From the NCBI GenBank assembly GCA_011109175.1, contig RDEW01000032.1, positions 154,404 to 218,403 of the forward strand: a stretch of 64,000 bases of DNA. Direction: 5' to 3'. The translations under genes were made by a program, and so were the position numbers. The first letter of the stretch is position 1. Every line of letters begins with the position of its first letter. Positions 26,756 through 38,899 of this stretch are shown piece by piece. Below the pieces are notes generated by a model. The model did no database searches. It was given only the letters and a program-made list of their open reading frames with translations, and was not told the DNA's origin. This DNA comes from Dicyema japonicum (taxonomy: Eukaryota; Animalia; Dicyemida).

Positions 26756-27556
26756 ATGAGTTTTCTACATTACACGTTATTTTTTGCTTTCGTTGGTAAT
26801 CTATTTTGAACAATTTTAGATAACTGGGATTATTTAAGAAAATTAGAGGTTGCAACTGTTATTGATGATGGATTTGTTTTCATTTTATATTTTACATATA
26901 GCAAAAAGGTTTCTACTATAATGAGGACCAAATGAGAGAGTACGTAAATAAATGGTTCAAATTGTCTCAAAGAGTAAAAATTGATAATAATTCAGTTTTT
27001 TAACGCAATAGAAGTAGAATTAAAACTTAGAAGAATTATCTTCACTAAACAAACAATATCGAGTGATCCTAATATTGCTACTATATATGCATTGTTTATG
27101 GGTTATTATAGTGGGGTAGACGCAGTTTTATTCTTAAAGTAATTATTACAACTAATAGACAGAGATTCTCACTCAGAGTACGTGGGACTCGCATTGATTG
27201 ACACTGTTTGCTCAAATCGAGCAGCGGCAATGGTTTTGAAAATATTCAACGATGAAATGACATCAGTAATTATGTCTCATGAGTTATTCCATGTACTTGG
27301 GTTTAACCACGTCAAAAATACTGAAAGTGATTGCAATAATGATTGTTTAATGAATACTGATCTTCATGCGCATTAGTATAAATTTTCTAATTTTGAGTCA
27401 CGTGTCACAATTAACAATGGATACTATGCCTAAAATAGAAAACAAATGGGGGTGTCTTAGTACTACAAAAAAGAGTCAAATGCAGCTAAATTCTGGATTT
27501 ACATCTTTCTTCTCTTCCTGGTAAATAAATTAATTATAATTTAGTGTCTTAATTAG
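26756..27556 (+). CDS. Compact reprolysin/M12B-like metzincin, copy B (about 219 aa; hydrophobic N- and C-termini)
   Basis: Introns 26796-26819, 26876-26901, 26974-26995, 27139-27162, 27376-27397 and 27521-27544 (22-26 nt). Product: MSFLHYTLFFAFVDNWDYLRKLEVATVIDDGF...GLALIDTVC...MSHELFHVLGFNH...CLMN...KWGCL. One extra A is needed in the A-run at about 27467-27472 to reach the hydrophobic AAKFWIYIFLLFL tail seen in copy A's frame. Confidence 0.75.
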
Positions 27557-29956
27557 ATTACTTCTCTAACAATTGTTAATAAAAATTACTAATTATCTAA
27601 TAATAATTTTTGGTTATTTTCATTATATTATGTACGGTCCTATGGTGTACCTATGACATGATGATCCTCGATTTTTTGAAATTTTTAAAATACCAATCAG
27701 TCTTATTTAGTCTATAGTTAATAAATATAATTTTTTATTATAGATCTGTTCTCTTTTTGTGTTTTAAATATCTCCTATAAACATCCTCAGAACATAGAAC
27801 ATATTGTTTTTAATACTAAAAGCCTCGGTAGCACCTAATTAACCGATCGCAGCACACTCTAGAAGAGATCCCAACTTCCCCGAAGCTCTTCCCTCGATTC
27901 TACACACATGTTCTTACGTATTATGGATTTCAGAGGGATTCGATTCTGAAGCTATCCAGAAGACCATCGTTTCATAGTTTTAGATGCTCTTTTTTGGCTA
28001 GCTTCGATCTTCAACATTTTACATAGAAATGTTAGCTCAATGATTTGTTGTATATAAAATTCAAAATAAGATAATGTCTGTTTATGGATAAAGTGCGTTA
28101 CATAAGCGACTACTTTTTCCATTGAAGTAATCTCATCCAGAAAGATATTGCAGTAGGCTATCTGTAAGTACACGTTAAAGTTTCCAGCCTGTATGTTTGT
28201 AGTTGAATTGCTCTGGACACCTCCTACCAGTTAAGGTTTCTCTCTTTATCTTCGAAGAATAGCAGTTTACATTTATTCTTAAAATTGGTAGTAATCGAGG
28301 ATCACCTCGGCAAAGGCACACTATTTGACCGCGACATATTATATGTCCTTAGCGGTATCCCGCAATCACGCGCATCAAGAAATTTTTATCATATTTTTTG
28401 AATATCAAAAAAGAAAAAGTTGAACAGCATGAGTGACAATAAAGAGTCTTACGGAACTTCATTAGATAATAGTCGTGATCTTGGTGTTACAATAGTCACA
28501 CTTTCTGTACTTCTCTCTTTAACACCTTCAAAAGGCTGTATAAGGTGTAGTTTCATTTCTACAATGCTTCATATGTCGGAAACAATAAGTTTTTTGGAAA
28601 AACCAAGTCGACCTCGTCGTTGATTAAATCGAGTACTTACCAAAAAAACTTAACGTATAGATGTTTGTGACATCAGAGTCATAACAGGAGGTTCTATTCG
28701 TGCGTATGGTAAGTTTAAATTATTTGGAAGATTCTTGAATTAAGTGATCAAAAAAATGGTGTCTGCCAGCATTTGATTCTTTTTAAGGAATTTAAATCTT
28801 TTTAAGGATTATAAATTTTTTTAATTATGTGCAGAAAAGTGTTAAAATTAAATTTTTATGTGGATCATATTTTTTTCAAAATAGTTGAGGTAAATTTTTT
28901 GCTGTTTTTTGACCTAAAACATTCGACCACAAAATTTGATAAAAAATAAGATACAATTGTTAGAAAGACTAATGGTAAAAATCACAAACTAATTCCTTGA
29001 TCCTCCTCTGACGATGGCGATTCCAAAAAGCTAGAAGATTATTTTTTTATTGGGGGTTAAGATTGCATTCCCAATTCCTTTGATGAGTTAAATTATAACG
29101 ACCCAGCCTTCAATAACGATTGGGATGGAAGAGAAGCAGTCTTCAAAGTTCTAGTACTTGTCAATTTCTACTGTCACCGGCGTAATTTACATTTCATTCA
29201 CACATCGTTTAATTGATTTCTGATTTATTTTCTATCTCCGTCTAGGGAGGTGTGTTTACGTTGTCAATTGATTAAATGGTTTGTTAAAGTTTAATACATT
29301 GTTGTCAAGATAATTAAATTTTGGAGACTACTAAAATCATTTCGAACCACCTAATTTGTAACTTCTTTGCGAAGAGACCAGTGTGAAATTGGGTGATGTT
29401 GTACCCTCGTTCGGTCTAAAAAGTATTCTCGTATTTTTGGGAATTGTGCGGATTGATGTTTTAAAACTTATTTAAGAAATTCAATTAAACACGCATGATT
29501 AATTATTGTAAAATTATTTTTTAAATTAATTTGGTGATAAATAACTTTATGTCAAAAAATAAAATCAAATTTTTACCGTGTTCAGCTGACTCCAGTTACT
29601 AGTAAGCAGAACCGTCATACTGCACCATTAATCGATCCTTATAAAAGAAGCCAGTAACTCATGGATGTAAGTGATATTGAATTGATATAAAATTAATGTT
29701 ATTCTTTACGTGCTCAGTTTAGATTTTATTTTTACTAAATTGCACAAGGAGTATTTGAGACTCTTGGAAGTGGATAGAAAAGTCCAAACTATATTTAAAC
29801 AACTTTGTTTAAGACACACATAAAACCGTGTCCTTTGACGCAGTTCGTGGAATAATCTTGTGTAGAATGCAAGTCATATTATACGATTCAAAAATAATTG
29901 CAGAATATTTTTCCTTATAAACGAATTTTTTAAACGGTCTTTGCAATTTTGAGAAA

Positions 29957-30137
29957 ATGAATTTTTTGTGTTACACATTATTTTGTGCTTTCGTAGGTAT
30001 TCTATTTGAATCAAATTTAAATAAGAGGTAGTATAGCAGAAGATTAGAGGTCGCAACTGTTATTGATGTCGGATTTGTTTTCAACTTATATTTTAAAGAT
30101 TGCAAAAAGGGTTCAACTATAATGAAAATAAAATGAG
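29957..30137 (+). pseudogene. Metzincin copy C, 5' part only
   Basis: MNFLCYTLFCAFV exon and LEVATVID exon are homologous to copies A and B; homology stops where the integrase remnant begins. Confidence 0.7.
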
Positions 30138-30139
30138 TG

Positions 30140-30802
30140 CGATTTGGTCGTATTTTCGCTCGTTGCATTGTCGTATATTGAATCAATTACCATTAACGTC
30201 ACTCCATCTGCTTCCTTTATGTTTTTAGTCCAACTCTTATCTTCGGACATCATCTTAGATAGTGATCTTGTGATTGTCTGATTAAAGCGTTCGATAATCC
30301 CTTGACTCTGGATTGTTAGGCCTACTATGAATTTGTTAGACGTTGAAGCAGTCACATAATGCTCTACATGGAATATCACATTCTGACACCACTTTCAGGA
30401 TAATTTCTCGTTTCATGAAAAAATATCTTTCATTGCAATATTGTTCCACTGTGTTGTGTCCACAATGGGTCAATTGATGAATTTGCGAGGCCACTAATTG
30501 TTAGAGAAGATGACAATTTTGTAGTTTCCATTTGTGTCTTTAAGGTATAACCTCCGATTGATAGATAAAAAATTCTTTGACTTTTGAGTTAATCGGTATT
30601 TTTTGTCTTGTCATTATTTGATCGACGATCCCCTTCTCTTCCATTATTTTCATTATATCAATTTATTCCTGGGTTGTTTTAACGAAACACCGAGCCATCA
30701 GCTTAACTTTATAAAACACGCCTGTATTATGCTATTTTTTTATTTTATTTTAAATAAAAAAATGTAACGCGTAGCGCTCGGTAGCGTGTAGCGCTTGTGA
30801 CA
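30140..30802 (-). mobile_element. Ginger-like (retroviral-type integrase) DNA transposon fragment with a TGTCACA terminus
   Basis: QSQGIIERFNQTITRSL integrase-core motif, VVSECDIPC zinc-finger remnant, and a TGTCACAAG end at 30802. Confidence 0.6.
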
Positions 30803-31796
30803 TAATTGATAGTTTAATATTTTTAAGACAAATTTTCTTTTTAGATATTACATAACTTTTATTGTTTGTAAAATCATAAAATTGAATTATTCAATAAACT
30901 GTGCAATAATTCAATAATTTTTTCTAAAGTAACAATTAATTAATTAAAACAGCAATCGATCCAAAGTGGTCCCCGCCGACAATATCGACGTTGTGTTGCA
31001 TTTCCCGATTGCAACAGAGATCAACCGGAGAAGACAACGGGTCTCACGTGCGTCGTGGATTCTATAATTAATAATATATTACCAATGTCAAAAAATTTTG
31101 TTACAAATTCAAAATCAATTATGGAATAAAGTGAGTAAATGGTCATATAGCACCCGCCCTAACTGCGCGGCTACTTCCTCTTCAAATAAAAACGGAATTT
31201 GGATTTTAAATACGTAAAAAAATATATAATTTTTCTTCATATAATGTATGAATCAATAAAAAGTCATAGCTATGCATTACTTTATCTGAATATTCAACAT
31301 TTTTCCGCTTATTTTAACAACTAAATTATTTTTGTTTATTTTATGTCACAGTCTATACATGCGAGACGCCGTACATGCGAAATTCATCACAAAATACAAA
31401 AAAAAATTTCTTAGTAATACTTTCATTGGAAAAAATTATTAATAATATTAAAATTTCATATAGTACATATTTTTATTTAAAATATTTATTATAAAACATG
31501 TATCCAGTGAACCCAACACGCGATACCTTGGAAAAAATTAGGATCTACTCTGCTACTGGTTAGATCGATAATTGCCCTGACTGGAGAGAACGGGCAAAAA
31601 TCAAAAGATGCGCCGAACAATTCATTTTCAAAAATTTGAAACCCTACACAGCCATCATACAAGAAGACAGCGGCCTTTTGGGATTTTTTACAATGTCAAT
31701 CTGGAGAAAAACTACTGTCTGGAAAAATTAGAATCGTTAATAAATTTTTCCGCCAAAGATGAAGAGCTAATAGAATTTTCATCCTTGAATAATTTA

Positions 31797-32450
31797 CACT
31801 CAATCCCATAAATGTTGACCCAATTCCCATAAATGTTGACCCAATTCCCATAAATGTTGACCCAATTCCCATAAATGATGTCCAAGTTATATATATAAAT
31901 AATACACAAGTAAATCTATATTTTAAAATTTTAATTTTTTAGATTTGTTATCAACTAATACAGATATGAGAAGTCGCAAGGTTTTATGAACGAAAGTCTA
32001 TTTATCACTTCGATCAGTAAAAAGAGTTTGAATAGGTGTATACAAAAGTGTTACAACATTTTATTTACCCCCTTATTCAACTGACTTGAACCCAATTGAA
32101 AACTTTTTTTACTGTGTGAAATCTCGCCTAAATGTAATTAGACCAAGAGTAACTGTAAGAGGAGAATTGCTAACAACTATCGGATTTGTTATGAGTGGTC
32201 TCGAAACCGAGAATTTGTCCTCATATTACAGTTTTTGGGAAAGGTAAATGGAATTAATAACAGATTAATTGAATAAAATACTTTTTTCCTAAATTATTTA
32301 TTAGTATAATATATATAACTTGGACATCATTTATGGGATTTGGGTCATCATTTATGGGAATTGGGACAACATTTATGGGAATTGGGACAACATTTATGGG
32401 AATTGGGTCAACATTTATGGGAATTGGGTCAACATTTATGGGATTCAGTG
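31797..32450 (+). mobile_element. Internally deleted Tc1/IS630-type element with TIRs built from 21-bp tandem repeats
   Basis: TA|CACTCAATCCCATAAATG...CATTTATGGGATTCAGTG|TA termini; internal YLPPYSTDLNPIENFF DDE motif. Confidence 0.9.
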
Positions 32451-32806
32451 TAGAAGAAAGAAAAACAAAAAATTGCTCTTGAAAATACAATAAAGTCAGG
32501 TGAAAAAATGAAAAAACGCCGAAGATAAAAATATGATGAACTCAATTCAGGAGACGAAATTCTATTACGTCATGAGGGGATGCCAATGAGGGTAATAAGC
32601 GCACCCATTATATGACGAAGTTTCTACAAAAAAGTACCAAGTTATCAGTAAGAAAGTAGAACTGATAACTATTGTTGACCAAAAATTAAAAAATAATGAA
32701 TATAACACAGTTCATATTAGTCGAGCTAAAAAATTGTGACCTTTGAAATTTTTTAAGATGTGTGTTTTTTTAAATTGGATTATTTTTATGATTACTAACA
32801 TTACCT

Positions 32807-33066
32807 GGGTTAGGGCTAGAGTTAGTGCTAGGATTAAGGTTAGGGTTTGCGTTTAGGGTTAAGTGTTAGAGGTTAGGGTTAGAGTTTAGGGTTAGAGTTA
32901 GGCTTAGTGTTAGGGGGTTAGCGTTTAAAGTTAAAGTTAGGGCTTAGTGTTAGGGGTTAGGGTTAGCGTTTAGGGTTAGGGTTTAGTGTTAGGGGTTAGG
33001 GTTAGCGTTTAGGGTTAGAGTTAGAATTTAGTGTTAGGGTTTATTTAGGGTTAGGGTTTAAGGTTA
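32807..33066 (+). repeat. Degenerate interstitial TTAGGG-like array
   Basis: About 260 bp of TTAGGG, TTTAGGG, TTAGTG and TTAGCG variants, with a duplicated block of about 38 bp. Confidence 0.9.
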
Positions 33067-33414
33067 AATTTGATTTAAAATAGTTTAGCTTGACAGATTG
33101 TAATTTTAAATATTTATTTTAAAAATTTATACAAGTGAATAAATTTTAGAGCTAAATTAGTATGGCTTACCATTTTTACGTAATTTTATAATAAAATCTT
33201 AAATCGATACATAATTGATTGGAACTTGGTGTCATGTTGGTTTTTAAGTAATTCCTATAATCACAACTAAGGGTATAAAACTTGTAAATTTTAGATATTT
33301 AATGAATATTTAATTCAAAAAATGTGATTTTTATTGAAAATTATGAATCTCGCATGTACGGCGCCTCGCATGTTGGACTGTGACATTTTATTTTTTTATT
33401 GAAAAAAATTTATT

Positions 33415-33925
33415 AACCAAAGAAACAAATGTTAGTTGAAGAAGCCGGCTGCATGGATAGCGAACGAGTTCCCTCGGAGTATGGCTACTCCAATCTTATG
33501 TCTTAGCCATAACGCTTCTCGTTGATCCCTATTCTTTCTGGCGAGGATTCCTCCGAATTCGCGCAACGGCTCCCGATAACTCGACCGGAACATGAGTAAA
33601 TCGGTAGCGGTCCCCGAGGGAGGAATATTTTTTGATTTTTGGTTTTCCGCGGTCTAAGCAGGTGTTCCAGGTGTCTGAACCGATTTGAAAAGATTCGTGC
33701 TTGAAAATGTGTCAACACAGGTTGCGTCCCAGACCAAAGATCTTCCAGATGTGTAAGGGAAAAGGGTCATCCCGTCAGTTCTATTTCGATCTCCTCGATC
33801 GAGACCCACTCGTTCAAGCTGAGATGGGAAATCTGTAGCCTGCAGAGCTCTGACGATCACATCGTTCAGAGCAGCGTGACGTGGTCCTTTTCCGGCGCTT
33901 CTTCTGCAGGACAGCGGGTGCTAGT
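33415..33925 (-). mobile_element. CRE 3' fragment (REL endonuclease)
   Basis: RTDGMTLFPYTSGRSLVWDATCVDTF and KIGVAILRGNS. Confidence 0.85.
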
Positions 33926-36900
33926 TTTTGGAGATAGCTAATTTCTCAAGTCCATTTATATGGTTTGTACAACTCACCAGTATCCATCTACTTTTCATAG
34001 ACCTGAAGTTAAAATATCCAAGTTTCGAACACGATTCCTCTTTATAAAATTATTCGTTTTACTGTATCTCCGTTTCATTGGTTCTATTCATTTCTATGCT
34101 TAGCGTTACCGTGAAAGGTGTCATTTTCTTTGATGTTGAGCTTCTTATTCATTTATATCCTTAGCGAATGCTTGAAAGCATCTCATCTATTTAGTAACTG
34201 CGATATTATCAGTTTTTACTAGGAGTGTAGTACCAGCCCTAACATCCATAAACGAACGACAAGACAATGAAGCTGGAAGGGACAATTATTAGTTTTTACT
34301 AGAAGAGGTTGTATCAAACTTTAAAATTGGCATCAAATATAATTCGAAGGGTATCAAAGAGTCAGTAGACCTTTTTTAAATAGCGTCATCTTTATGTAGG
34401 AAGGGCTAGGAGTATTATTGAAGCATTTTTATCGCCAAATCAACATCCTGATGGTGTGGGTACTGGGTGTAATATTGGGTACTGCCCACCCATCAGCCAA
34501 TGATAAAATACCTAGAAGACCAGGCATGCTGAACACTATCAAAAAGCTTGATATATGGAGACATGCCAATTTCAGGTATATTTTACTATTTCGAACAATA
34601 TTAATTGATTTATTGATTATGCAAAACAAACTCCACTTCCAACGTTTCCAAAAATCTTTATTGATAATCTGAAACTACTGTCTACTATATTATTACATAA
34701 ACTGTTAAAAATAGCAGTTTACATAATTTACAACATTCTGCAGATAAGGGTAATAGTCTATAAATAAAATGACAAATTCCAAAGACGTGAAACACCAAAT
34801 TAACTACTTAAACAGAGATTTCAAGAAGGACGATGTTGCCGCACGAGCACGTATCGGCAGAACAAATAGATGATCGTAATTGCATGGACCTGGTCCTCGG
34901 TTGTTTATTTGACAAGTCATAGTCTATACTTTTCGCCCTTGATATTAGAATCAATAATTGAAAATCTCAATTTTTTAATTTTTTACATATTAGACATTTC
35001 TATTGTTCATATTATTATATAATTAAATTATGAAATAAACTGCGTAATAATTTGAAAATAGTAATATATAAAAACTACGTCAATTATAATTTTAAATAGT
35101 AAATTAAAATCTGATTCATTAGTGCTAAACAAATCTATTTAATTTATGGGAAAATACGAAATGGTAGGGGTCACCAAACGACTTCTACCCAAAAAGTATT
35201 TTCAAGAAATCAACAAACAAAGGATTGTCTCTGAAAATAAATCCAAAATCTGATTCAATGTTCCAATTCATATATAAACAAAATTAGAATTTCAAATACA
35301 ACAAAACTTTTATGACGAAAAACTTAAAATCATAATCGAAACGAAAAACTTAAAATCATAAAAATTGAATTCAATTATTTTATTTTCTGATAAAATTAGA
35401 AAGAATTTTTAGTTTAATTTTAAATTATATCATTTTGATTGTAATGATTATTGACTTTCCAAAATTCACGCATATATTTCACACAAATTTATTTTATTGT
35501 CATTTATCATTGAGAAGTTTTTTTTTCCACTATGAAAATATTTTTTAATTGAATGCGTTTCTAGTGGATAAACATTTTTAATTTTTTAAAACTTCCTAAT
35601 CGCTTCCTATTTCAACAAAATAAAGCAAGAAAAACAGCAAAGTTGACAATGTCTAGCTGATGATTTTCTATTTTGATCTTCATTGTAATATGCTAATAGA
35701 GATTGATTAAAGGAAAAAATCTTTTTCATGGTTGCTCAATTATTTCAACAAACAAAAACCCTTATTAAGTTATAAAGTCTGTACGGTCATTTTGGTGTAA
35801 TTATTTCCGATGTAATCATTGTAAAAACGACTCACTAAAATAAATGTAATTTTCTGAATAGAGTATATTGTGATCTTGTCATTTTCACCGTTTCGTTGTT
35901 CATATAATAGAAGGATGGCAAGAGTATTTTCAATAATATGAGTAGAATGGATTTCCAAAAAACAATTAAACAACGTAATACAAAATCCACTGGACATAAT
36001 ATTCGTTGGTTACTTATTAACAATTCCTTATTTAATACGATACTGTGACTGCAGAAATATTTATAGCAACAATATAATCAACAAGGAAATATGTTATGAA
36101 GATTATTATTTCTAAGCTAAAGAGGCCTTATCAACTAAATACAACATGCTCGACTGAACAATGGCATAATTCTGTTTCACTCACAAGTAAATTGCCTAAA
36201 TTAATTGTTGAAGAAAATTTCGTCAAATAAGTCATTTGTCTAAACAATTCTGTGTATTTTATGTTTTGTCTTGTTTTGTCCCCAGTAAAATGAAATTGTT
36301 TGCACTATATAATAAGTGGATATATAGCAAATTATATTTTCATTCAAACTGAAGCTAGTTATAGTGAATATGATATGAATTTGACCCCTTTGATGTGTGG
36401 TTGATGGAGCACTAATATACAAATAGTTTCATTGGAAATTGATGTTTTCGTGATTGTCTAATAAAATTGAAGAATCATTGCAATTTGAAAGCAAATGCTT
36501 AGTACATCGGAATATCTTTATTATGAAAAATTTTATTTAAGAAATTCGAATGGCATATATTTTAAAATTTCCGTGCATCAATAATAGTAGCCGTTAATGT
36601 TTTTGTTATTTTGAGGTTTTGGAGAAAATATAAACCTTTTTTATATCAGCCAGTTGAATACGTTCTCACAGCAGTTTTGATGATCCTTTAGAGATCTAAC
36701 GTATTTGGGAAATTGTCTCTAACTGATTTACGAAAAGTAACACATACTTTGGAATAAACTCGAGTTTTAGAATTTAGATGGCTTACTAAAATACTTCAAT
36801 GGTCAGATATTTTTCATTTCAGTGATTTATTCACAAAAGTTAGATTTTGTTATCAAATTTGTTGTTAAATATTTTTGTTTTTTTACTTAGGAAAATTAGC

Positions 36901-37829
36901 CATTTTCTTTGATTCAGCAATGATCGAGACGCATTCCAGTTACTTGAAGTTCAAGAGAGAGACTAGTAGATCAAAACCTTCAAAAATCAAAAGTATTTGG
37001 GACACTTGGATGGTAAGACAGTCTTCGTCAAGATACATAACGACTGGATTAGATTATTTCCGTAATCCCTTTCTTTCCTACATTATTGGAATAAGAGGAT
37101 TGTCGAAAAGAGAAATAGGAGATTAATTATAATATCGAGAGTGAACAACGAGCTTCGAGAAACCTATTGCTCTTCCAAAAAATGTCATTTGACTGCATCG
37201 TTAAGATCATAGATTACTTCTATGTTAAGTCAACAGATAATCCACCAAGTTCCTTTAACTTTGGGCTGGGCGAAATTCGAACTCAGATAATAGGTGCACC
37301 AGACGGTTTTTTGCGAAAACTTCGAGTTTCCAACGTCTTCTCACCTCGTCCATGCTCACGTGATGACAATAAATAGACATTATGTGCAATAGATGTATAA
37401 TACTACTTCAACCTTCCGACCAATTAACCCCTTGGTTTGCTGACATGTATATCCTTTGTTAATTATTTTTAGTAAAAACATTTTAAAATTTAAAAATGAC
37501 AATAAATCTAAGTTATTTATTATTAATTACTGTATTATTAACAATAAAATATTATTTATTGTCGTATGTGATAGCGTCCGGGGTGTTGATACTGTCCGAG
37601 TCGATAAGACAAATTTATCACTTGAAAACATTAACAACCACTAAGTTTTGCTTCGAAAGATCTGTCCCTTGTTCCTTCAAAAAACAAAAAAAATTATTTT
37701 GAGTCAATGAGATGATTAAACGTGCAAAGGGTTGAAAATAGAAGAGGTCGAAGGATCGGTTCCTTTTTTCCTCAAAAAACAAAAAATTTATTTTGAGTCA
37801 ATAAAGCGAATATGCGTGAAAAAGTTGAA

Positions 37830-38410
37830 AAAGAGTTTTGTAACACTGAAGTTTCAGCATTATTATGTGATAGCGGATAACTGCGATTCATGGTAGACCA
37901 AGACACCCTCAATCACAAGGGCAGTAAAACGCAATAATCAAACGCTAAAAAACTCTATTTCAATCCAAATCTAATAATTGGATTGAATATTGAAAACTAC
38001 TGCTACTGGAAAGTCACCTTTCAAGTTAGCTTTAGAGATTTTATTTTTAGACTATTATTTGGAACTTCGTGAATTCAATACTGTTTCTGTGTCTGATAAT
38101 AAAGTGATCGAATTACCAGCCCAAAGAACTTAACAATTTTCAGATGATGAAATTCAAGAAACTTGTTCTATTTCAGAAATCGAATTTGATCATCAAACAT
38201 TAGAACAAAAATTATAAAAGAAAAGTGAAAGAAAACGCGAATAAAAATTTTTAAAAAATATGTCAAAATAGGAGATACTGTTTTCATCAAATAAAGATTT
38301 TGATAACAACCTGAAGACAAAAAAAATGCCTTGGAGTTTTTTTGAAAGGGAACATTATGTTGTTATAGAGGAACATTTACATTTTGTTATAATTAAGGGA
38401 GTTTCTGCGG
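37830..38410 (+). mobile_element. Ginger-like integrase fragment
   Basis: GRPRHPQSQGAVKRNNQTL, TTATGKSPF and IGDTVFIK..DFDNN motifs. Confidence 0.65.
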
Positions 38411-38688
38411 AAAAAAAAAAAAGTTTCAAAATCAAAAATTAATTAGGCTTCAAGTACAGTTTATTTGTCTGATAGTAAAGAAGTTTTTGATTTTTTTAAA
38501 TCGTTTTTGTATTCACTCCAGAATTAATTACTATCAGATACTCTGTTCACTGTCCATCGATGAATCACGTTACATTCGAAGAAATACTACTTTTACCTGC
38601 GAGATCGAAAGAGCAGTGCGTGTCTTGTGGATATTGCAAGGCGAGGAAGTACTGGTTGAATTGCAATTCTAGTGTGTGATTTTTCCAG

Positions 38689-38755
38689 TGACGCTGTCAT
38701 CAGTGGATATTCACTCCGGAACTGGATAGTAAAAAGGTCCCACACACAAGAAAAA
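38689..38755 (+). mobile_element. SINE internal fragment
   Basis: gtgacgctgtcatcagtggatattcactccggaactgg matches the SINE core. Confidence 0.7.
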
Positions 38756-38899
38756 TGTATTTAAGTGATAAAAATTGATCTTTCATAATTAATAATAATT
38801 AAAAGAGTCTCCCTACCCCTGGGATGATATCGCAGAGTTTTTATGAAAAAAGTAGAATGAATCGGAACTCAAATTGGAAGCCATGACTCGGAGGATTTT

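Larger units (their letters stand above)
31344..33385 (+). mobile_element. Non-autonomous Ginger-like TIR element
   Basis: About 50-bp imperfect TIRs (TGTCACAGTC...CATGCGAG(A/G)CGCCGTACATGCGA), flanked on both sides by TTTTA. Integrase C-terminal-like remnants lie at about 31550-31790 and 32455-32690. Confidence 0.7.

Noticed and set aside
28420-28745. Possible spliced gene (VCDIRVITGGSIRAY exon followed by a 22-nt GT-AG)
   Set aside because: Splicing leads to a stop within three codons, no consistent upstream exon was found, and the adjacent RDLGVTI suggests LINE debris.
31803-32445. 21-bp repeats as a CRISPR array
   Set aside because: Units are head-to-tail with no spacers, form inverted TIRs with TA flanks, and the context is eukaryotic with no cas genes.
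32807-33066. True telomere or chromosome end
   Set aside because: The array is degenerate, short, and flanked on both sides by complex sequence within TIRs.
36700-37400. Gypsy-type RT remnant (YLDED, SGAPII)
   Set aside because: Similarity is too weak and scattered to support a call.
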